Source of the DNA: Actinomycetes bacterium
GTDB taxonomy: Bacteria > Actinomycetota > Thermoleophilia > Solirubrobacterales > Solirubrobacteraceae
Assembly (NCBI GenBank): GCA_021820105.1
Contig: JAKAED010000001.1
Location: 11,534 to 75,533, forward strand
Direction of reading: 5' to 3'
DNA length: 64,000 nucleotides
The translations under genes were made by a program, and so were the position numbers. Position 1 is the stretch's first letter, and each line of letters begins with the position of its first letter. Positions 57,750 to 64,000 of this stretch are shown in pieces. Under the pieces are notes generated by a model. That model did no database searches, was not told the DNA's origin, and saw nothing but the letters and a program-made list of their open reading frames with translations.

Positions 57750-58739
57750 TCAGAGGGGCTCGAGCGGCGTATAGGGGCGACCCAGTGAGAGGCTCAGCGA
57801 GAGCCGGATGCGAGCACGCGGGCCGTCCAGACGCTTCTCCAACAGCACGCCTGCCGAGATGAGATCGTCCCAGGCGTGTGGGTAGGACTCCTCCGCCTGG
57901 ACAGGTCCCGAGCCTGTGCGGGTGGTGAGGACAACGGGTACCCTGCCGGCCGCGCCGATCAGGTCGGAGCGGACGGCGGCTGGTATCGATCCGGCCCCCA
58001 GAGCGTCTACGACTATGCCGGCCGCCCCGCGTATCGCCTCCGCAAAACGTGTGGGGCCAGGACTCCCGGTCATGCGCACGTAGGCCACCGCGTCGGGATC
58101 TGGCGCCTCCGTGGGAATCTGTCCGATCCAGTTGAGCTCAAGCGGTCTTGACAGGAGGCGCAGCTGGCGGTCATGAACGGTGCCGATGCGTGTGCCGTGC
58201 CGCGTAGCAAAGGAGCTGAGTGCCACGGAATCCCGCTTGACGACATCCCACGCGGGCAGCACCTCGTGGTTCATGACGACTACCGTCCCCAGGGTCCGGG
58301 CCAGCGGATCGCGCGCCACCGTCACGGCGTCCATCAGGTTCTGGCCACCGTCATACCCCGGCCTGCCGGGCGGACGCATCGCCCCACAGAGCGCCACCGC
58401 GGCGCGAGGAACACACTCACTGATGAAGTAGGCCGCCTCCTCCATCGTGTCAGTTCCGTGCATCACCACCACACCGTGATGGCCGGGCGTGAGCCGGACG
58501 ATCTCCTGAACAAGCGTGAGCCAGTGCGCGAAGGTCGCATCCTCGCTGGCGATCGCGTAGGGCTGAAGGTGGGTGAGCGGAGCGCTGAGTCCCGTGAGCC
58601 CATCCGCCAAAGCCGCACCCGTCAGGACCGGACGGCGGACACCGGAAGCGGGATCCGCGAGCATGGATATGGTGCCACCGGTGGCGATCACAGCGGTGGG
58701 CCGAGTGTCGGCGTGGGTCTGTCCGTCCAGGGCATGCAT
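57750..58739 (-). CDS. Asparaginase/glutaminase family
   Basis: ATGGTI, HGTDTMEE, GAMRP. Confidence 0.88.
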   Translation of the reverse strand: MHALDGQTHADTRPTAVIATGGTISMLADPASGVRRPVLTGAALADGLTGLSAPLTHLQPYAIASEDATFAHWLTLVQEIVRLTPGHHGVVVMHGTDTMEEAAYFISECVPRAAVALCGAMRPPGRPGYDGGQNLMDAVTVARDPLARTLGTVVVMNHEVLPAWDVVKRDSVALSSFATRHGTRIGTVHDRQLRLLSRPLELNWIGQIPTEAPDPDAVAYVRMTGSPGPTRFAEAIRGAAGIVVDALGAGSIPAAVRSDLIGAAGRVPVVLTTRTGSGPVQAEESYPHAWDDLISAGVLLEKRLDGPRARIRLSLSLSLGRPYTPLEPL

Positions 58740-58811
58740 CGTCTTAGACAGCAACCCTAACCGGTGCTGCGAGTTGAGGCACGGGGCGTCCCTGTCGTAA
58801 GCTCGCGAGGC

Positions 58812-59543
58812 ATGGCAGCGGCACTAGTCACCGGCGTGAGCAGAAGGCGTGGGATCGCAGCCGCGGTGGCCGCTCGCCTGCGAACGGACGGCCTCACCGT
58901 GGTGACGGCGGGCTGGACGCCGTATGACCGGGAGCAGCACAAGGCAATTGCTGAGCAGACACAGACCGACCTTCAGGCGGATCTCGGCGTGAGCGATGCG
59001 CCTGCGGAATTGATCCGGGCCGCCGAGCGCGTCGCCGGACCCCTCTCATCACTTGTGATCGCGCACACGCGCGACACGGGGGGTGGGGTGCTGGAGATGA
59101 CCGCGGAGACGATCGATCAGCACCTGGCCATCAATGTGCGCGGCTCGCTGTTGCTCATGCGTGAGTTCGCGCGTCGGGTGCTGGAGGATGGGCGCACCGG
59201 CAGGATCGTGATCTTCACGAGCGGACCACCACAGGCGGGCGCCGTGGCCTACGCCGCCAGCAAGGGCGCCCTTGAATGGGTTGTCTACTCGGCCGCGACC
59301 GAACTCGGTCCCCTGGGGATCACGGTCAATGGGGTCAATCCGGGACCCAACCAAACCGGCTGGATGAGCTCAGAGCTGGAGCGGGCGCTTGCGGAGCGCA
59401 CCCCGCTTGGCCGCACCGGGCGACCTGAGGACGCAGCGGCGCTCGTTTCGATGCTGCTCTCAGCGGACGCCGGCTTCATCAACGGCCAGGTCATCACCTC
59501 CGACGGTGGCTTCTCCATCGCAGGGTCAAGCCGGCCGCGCTGA
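58812..59543 (+). CDS. Short-chain dehydrogenase/reductase
   Basis: VTGVSRRRGIA, YAASK, NPGP, GQVI.SDGG. Confidence 0.88.
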   Translation: MAAALVTGVSRRRGIAAAVAARLRTDGLTVVTAGWTPYDREQHKAIAEQTQTDLQADLGVSDAPAELIRAAERVAGPLSSLVIAHTRDTGGGVLEMTAETIDQHLAINVRGSLLLMREFARRVLEDGRTGRIVIFTSGPPQAGAVAYAASKGALEWVVYSAATELGPLGITVNGVNPGPNQTGWMSSELERALAERTPLGRTGRPEDAAALVSMLLSADAGFINGQVITSDGGFSIAGSSRPR

Positions 59544-59558
59544 GTTCTCAAGGCAGGA

Positions 59559-60785
59559 ATGCTCCCGCTGCAACGCGCCGAGGCCGACGCGCCCGCTGTA
59601 CGAGGGTGGCGGAACGCGATCATCTCCGCCTTTGGGCTGGGTGGCGTCACCGTCGGCTCGTGGGGTCCGCGGATGCCGGCGATCAGATCCGAACTCGCGG
59701 TCAGCACCGGCACCATCGGGCTGATCCTGGCGGCCTCAACGATCGGCTCGATTGTCGGACTCAGCGTCGCCCGTTGGGCGCTGCACCGCCTCGGAGGAAG
59801 GGGTGCCGTGCTGGCCGCGCTGATGACGATCGCCGCCGCGCTGGGGTTGATGGGAGCCGGTGTGGCAGGAAAGTCGGTCCTGATCACGGCTGTTGGCTTT
59901 GCAGTCGTCGGCCTCGGACTCGGCAGCCTGGACGTATCCATCAACGTTGAGGGCGCCGCGGTGGAGCGCGCGGCAGGCAGAACCCTGCTGCCGCTGATGC
60001 ACGCAGGCTGGTCAGGCGGGGCGGCCGCCGGTGCTGGGCTGGGGGCGCTCTGCGCTGCGTTCGCGGTTGGCCCGGACCTGCAGTTCGAGCTTCTGGCCGT
60101 GCTGGTCGCTGCGGTTGGGCTGTTCATAGCTGGCCGCATCCCGCCAGAGACGCCGGATGAGGAGGGAGCAGGGACGAGGCAGACACGACGCGAACGCCTG
60201 CGGCGCTGGTTGCGCGGCTGGGCGGACCGCCGTCTGATCCTGATCGGGCTGGTCCTTCTCGGTGTCGAATTCGGGGAGGGCTCGGCCAACAACTGGCTCG
60301 CGCTGGCGGTGAAGCAGGAACACGCCCAGTCGGGCGCGGTGGCAGCGCTGTTCGTGACGCTGTTCGCAGTCAGCGAAGCGTCAGCGCGAGTGGCCGCCGG
60401 GCCGATAGTGGACCGGCTGGGTCGGGTGCTGACGCTGCGGCTGACCGTGCTACTGGGCGTGCTTGGCGTGACGATGTTCATCCTCAGCCGGCAGATCTGG
60501 GTGATCGCGCCCGGCGTCGTCCTGTGGGCAATCGGTGTCAGCATGGGCTTTCCGTTGGGTATGTCAGCCGCCGCCGAGGGGGCCGACCCCGCAACACAGG
60601 TCAGCGTTGCTGCCTCCATCGGCTACCAGGCAAGCCTGCTGGCGCCCCCCGTGGTTGGGTTCCTGGCCGAGTCAGTTGGTCTCCTGAACGCCCTGTGGTG
60701 GCTTCCCGCGCTGTTTCTTGCCGCGTTCCTGGCGGCCGGTTCGCTCCGTCCGCTCCGAGCCGACCCACCGCAGCAACAACTCTGA
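59559..60785 (+). CDS. MFS transporter
   Basis: SW..RMP.IR, DV..N, EG.ANNW, DRLGR; about 12 TM segments. Confidence 0.88.
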   Translation: MLPLQRAEADAPAVRGWRNAIISAFGLGGVTVGSWGPRMPAIRSELAVSTGTIGLILAASTIGSIVGLSVARWALHRLGGRGAVLAALMTIAAALGLMGAGVAGKSVLITAVGFAVVGLGLGSLDVSINVEGAAVERAAGRTLLPLMHAGWSGGAAAGAGLGALCAAFAVGPDLQFELLAVLVAAVGLFIAGRIPPETPDEEGAGTRQTRRERLRRWLRGWADRRLILIGLVLLGVEFGEGSANNWLALAVKQEHAQSGAVAALFVTLFAVSEASARVAAGPIVDRLGRVLTLRLTVLLGVLGVTMFILSRQIWVIAPGVVLWAIGVSMGFPLGMSAAAEGADPATQVSVAASIGYQASLLAPPVVGFLAESVGLLNALWWLPALFLAAFLAAGSLRPLRADPPQQQL

Positions 60786-60891
60786 GAGCGCGCACTGCGG
60801 ACGGTAGTGTGCGCGGCTCAGGGGTAGCCGAGGTGGTGTGAACCTGGCACTTGTGCAACCGTCGTGAGCCGCGACCGCGGCAGGTGAGATT

Positions 60892-62451
60892 GTGAGCACG
60901 GTCGAGCTGCTGGTGGGGCTGCTGGCGGTCATCGCCCTGCTGGGTGTCGTGGCAGATCGGTCCGGCCTGCCCTACCCAGCGGTGCTGGTGCTCGGCGGCA
61001 TCGTGCTGGGGATGCTCCCGGGCCTTCCGGACTACCGATTGCACCCCAAGCTGGTGCTGCTTGGGTTCATCCCGGTCCTGGTCTATGCGGCCGCCTTCCG
61101 CGCCGCAAGCTTCGATCTACGCCGCTACGCACTGCACATCATCAGCCTCGCGACCGGCTTTGTGCTGCTGACCGTTCTTGCGGAGGGTGCCGCCGCTCAC
61201 CTCATAGGAGCGATCTCATGGGCTCCCGCGTTTGTCGCGGGCGCGCTCGCCGCTCCGACAGACCCTGTCTCCGCCACCGCGGTGATCAGCCACGTGGGTG
61301 CGCCAGAACAGATAGTCACAGTGCTTGAGGGCGAGTCCCTCATCAACGACGGCACCGGTCTGGCCGTGTATCAGGTGGCTGTCTCTGCTGTCAGCGGCGG
61401 GTTCTCAATCGGACACGCCGCGATCAGGTTGCTGGAGATCTCAGCTGGCGGAGTCGCAGCTGGGGCGGCGGTCGGATGGATCCTCGTGCGAATCCGGCGC
61501 CCGCTTGACTCACCCTCGATTGAGATCGTGCTCGGACTGCTGGCCGCGTACGGGAGCTACATCGCTGCTCTGTCAGCTGGTTTCTCCGGCGTCCTGGCCG
61601 CGGTGAGCGCCGGCATTTACACGGGCATGCACGGTCAGGACATCAGCTCGCCGCAATCGCGGCTCCGCATGGAGCCCGTCTGGGATGCAGCGACCTTCGT
61701 GCTCGAGTCCGTCCTCTTCCTGCTGATCGGCCTTCAACTGCGCCGGATCGTCAGCGGCCTACCGCCGGGGCACCTCACACAGACGATTCTGACCGCCGGC
61801 ACCTCCGTGATCGTGGTCATCGCGCTTCGCTTCACCTGGATGTTGGGCGTGGCGCCGATGCTGGCTCGTATCTCCCCGATGGAGGATCAGCCAACCTCCC
61901 GGCGAGGATTCGTCGTAATGAGCTGGAGTGGTATGCGTGGAGCACTGTCGCTGGCGGGCGCGCTGTCCATTCCGCTCACTTCCGGCGGCCGGCTGTTTCC
62001 AGCTCGGGATGAGGTGATCTTCCTCGTCTACTGTGTGGTCCTGGGCACGCTGATCATCCCGAGCCTCACGCTGGAGAGACTGATCCGCCGCCTTGGCCTC
62101 GGCCAGTCACAACAGTTGCGGGAGCAGGAACTGAAGACCAGGGCTCGCGTCGCCCACGCCGCGCTGAGCCGGCTTGAGGAGATGGCCGAGGAGAACGACG
62201 TACCCGAGGAACTGCTCTCCCGCTTCCGCGGCATCTACGAGCTGCGCCTGAGCCGCTTGGAGGGCGAGCGTTCCGATGACAAGTCCGACGACGGCTCTGA
62301 CATCGACGTATCGCGAGCGCAGAACCTCCGTCATCAGCTCGTGCTGGCGCAGCGCCGGGCGCTGGACGAAATCAGACAGGAGCGGGCTGCCGCGACCGAG
62401 ATCATCAGTCGTATCCAGCACGACATCGACCTTGAGGAGGCACGCCGCTGA
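60892..62451 (+). CDS. CPA1-family Na+/H+ antiporter
   Basis: PTDPVS, EGESLIND, SGVLAAV, GMRGALSLA. Confidence 0.92.
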   Translation: MSTVELLVGLLAVIALLGVVADRSGLPYPAVLVLGGIVLGMLPGLPDYRLHPKLVLLGFIPVLVYAAAFRAASFDLRRYALHIISLATGFVLLTVLAEGAAAHLIGAISWAPAFVAGALAAPTDPVSATAVISHVGAPEQIVTVLEGESLINDGTGLAVYQVAVSAVSGGFSIGHAAIRLLEISAGGVAAGAAVGWILVRIRRPLDSPSIEIVLGLLAAYGSYIAALSAGFSGVLAAVSAGIYTGMHGQDISSPQSRLRMEPVWDAATFVLESVLFLLIGLQLRRIVSGLPPGHLTQTILTAGTSVIVVIALRFTWMLGVAPMLARISPMEDQPTSRRGFVVMSWSGMRGALSLAGALSIPLTSGGRLFPARDEVIFLVYCVVLGTLIIPSLTLERLIRRLGLGQSQQLREQELKTRARVAHAALSRLEEMAEENDVPEELLSRFRGIYELRLSRLEGERSDDKSDDGSDIDVSRAQNLRHQLVLAQRRALDEIRQERAAATEIISRIQHDIDLEEARR

Positions 62452-62507
62452 GCTGGGCGTACATAGGCGTCGGCTTATGGAGCCGGCGCTCCGGGTACGG
62501 AAGCGCT

Positions 62508-62993
62508 GTGGAACGCGTTGAGCGGCGTCTGCAGGTGGGTCCCACGGTTGCGATCGTTGGGACGGTCTTGGCTGCGGCCTGCAGCGGGGGATTGCTCGCC
62601 GTCCCGGGCCGGCAGTGGTATCGCGAGCTTGATAAGCCCAAGTGGCAGCCGCCCGCGGCGGTGTTCGCTCCGATCTGGACGACCCTCTACATCCTTGCCG
62701 GGGCTTCACCGGTAGTCGCGTGGCACACAACGCCTCCGCCTGAGCGCCGCTCGCTGTTCACGATCTTTGGCCTCAATGCGGTGCTGAACGCGAGCTGGAC
62801 TGGGTGCTTCTTCCGGGCGCGGCGGCCGTGGCTCGCAACCGCAGACAGCGCGGCTCTGCTGGGGACAACGGTGGCGCTGATCGCGCGGACCAGGCACCAC
62901 TCCGGCTTCGCCTCAACGGCGCTGATGCCCTATGCGGCTTGGACAGCGTTCGCAACGGCCCTGTCGGGTGAGATCGCACGCCGAAACAGGTGA
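62508..62993 (+). CDS. tspO: TspO/MBR tryptophan-rich sensory protein
   Basis: WY..L.KP.WQPP..F.PIWT.LY, LN..W...FF, PY.AW..FA. Confidence 0.88.
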   Translation: MERVERRLQVGPTVAIVGTVLAAACSGGLLAVPGRQWYRELDKPKWQPPAAVFAPIWTTLYILAGASPVVAWHTTPPPERRSLFTIFGLNAVLNASWTGCFFRARRPWLATADSAALLGTTVALIARTRHHSGFASTALMPYAAWTAFATALSGEIARRNR

Positions 62994-63082
62994 CCCGGTG
63001 CTGATCTGCGTTTCGGCTCAGGGGCAATTGCGCCGCTTGACAAGATGTGAACCCACGAATCGCCGCACAACGGAGGTGGGAC

Positions 63083-64000
63083 TTGGATCACAGGATGCTT
63101 GGCCGCACAGGGGTGTCAGTTTCAAAGCTCTGTCTTGGGGCAATGATGTTCGGCGCCTGGGGTAACGAGGACCGGGCTGAGTGCATACGCATCATCCACC
63201 ACGCGCTCGATGCCGGGATCAACTTTGTTGACACCGCTGACGTGTACAGCTCCGGTGAGTCGGAAGAGATCGTGGGCGCCGCCCTGAAGGGACGACGGGA
63301 TCGCATCGTTATCGCGACCAAGGTCCACTTTCCGATGGGCGAAGATCCCAACCGGAGAGGGAATTCCCGGCACTGGATCGTCACGGAGGTGGAGAACTCG
63401 CTGCGGAGACTTCAGACCGACTGGATCGATCTCTACCAGATCCACCGACCGGATCCCAACACGGATATAGACGAGACCCTCAGCGCCCTCAGCGACCTTG
63501 TCCACCAGGGCAAGATCCGCAGCTTCGGCCACTCCACGTTCGCCGCGTCAGAGATTGTCGAGGCACAGTGGACATCGGAGCGCCGCGGTCGTGAGCGTTT
63601 TCGGTGCGAGCAGCCGCCATATTCGATGCTCACTCGAGCGATCGAGCACGACGTGCTACCCACCTGTCAGCGCTACGGATTGGGCGTGATCCCCTACAGT
63701 CCGCTTGCCGGTGGTTGGCTCTCAGGACGCTGGCGCAAGGCGACGGGTCAACAGGAGTCGACGCGTGCCGAGCGGCTGCCAAAGCGCTTTGATCTGTCGC
63801 TGCCCGCAAATCAGCGCAAGCTCGATGCGGTTGAGCAGCTGGCGGTGCTGGCGGAGGAGCATGGTCTGACGCTCATCGAGCTGGCAATCGCGTTTGTTCT
63901 TCGCCACCCCGCGGTGACGTCTGCGATCATCGGGCCGCGCACCATGGAGCACCTTGAATCCCAGCTGCCGGCGGCAGACGTGGTGCTCACTGACGAGTTG
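63083..64000 (+). CDS. Aldo/keto reductase (3'-truncated by window edge)
   Basis: Read by hand from TTG 63083 after GGAGGT: LGRTGVSVSKLCLGAMMFG..., FVDTADVY, DLYQIHR, YSPLAGGWL; absent from the ORF track because it has no stop in the window. Confidence 0.9.
   Translation, partial: MDHRMLGRTGVSVSKLCLGAMMFGAWGNEDRAECIRIIHHALDAGINFVDTADVYSSGESEEIVGAALKGRRDRIVIATKVHFPMGEDPNRRGNSRHWIVTEVENSLRRLQTDWIDLYQIHRPDPNTDIDETLSALSDLVHQGKIRSFGHSTFAASEIVEAQWTSERRGRERFRCEQPPYSMLTRAIEHDVLPTCQRYGLGVIPYSPLAGGWLSGRWRKATGQQESTRAERLPKRFDLSLPANQRKLDAVEQLAVLAEEHGLTLIELAIAFVLRHPAVTSAIIGPRTMEHLESQLPAADVVLTDEL

Noticed and set aside
63021-63034. GGGGCAATTGCGCC, similar to the palindromes flanking the AbiEi-like gene
   Set aside because: Short and imperfect; one extra copy is not enough to call a repeat family.

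Overview
GC-rich (roughly 65-70% by eye) chromosomal segment, most consistent with a motile deep-branching actinobacterium (Thermoleophilia/Solirubrobacterales-like). This is inferred from a Gram-positive LexA box, actinobacterial MprAB-, ChoD- and Ddn-type genes, RNase Y plus RNase J, DapL and a chemoreceptor. About 1-36.5 kb is mostly core genome: rbfA-nrnA-truB-ribF-rpsO, pnp-M16-dapB-dapA-rnj, a two-component pair, fdhD/mobA, ftsK-rodZ-cinA-recA-recX-rny-miaB and miaA-dapF-dapL-hflX-dut. A ~6 kb accessory block splits rpsO from pnp. About 36.5-44.6 kb is a minus-strand run: HipA-like kinase, DUF3037, membrane protein, SRAP, HAD, DAGK-family kinase, murT, methyltransferase, gatD and an orphan binding protein. 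The rest is accessory metabolism and transport. I found no rRNA, tRNA, CRISPR array, integrase or transposase. Best leads: (1) a structured, switch-like 5' leader of rny with mutually exclusive pairings; (2) a DapF with both catalytic Cys replaced by Ser; (3) a SAM methyltransferase coupled between murT and gatD; (4) a HipA-like kinase/DUF3037 pair; (5) a soluble MCP with a C-terminal sensor domain behind a sigma28-like promoter. All calls come from motif recognition by eye; no database searches or folding programs were run.
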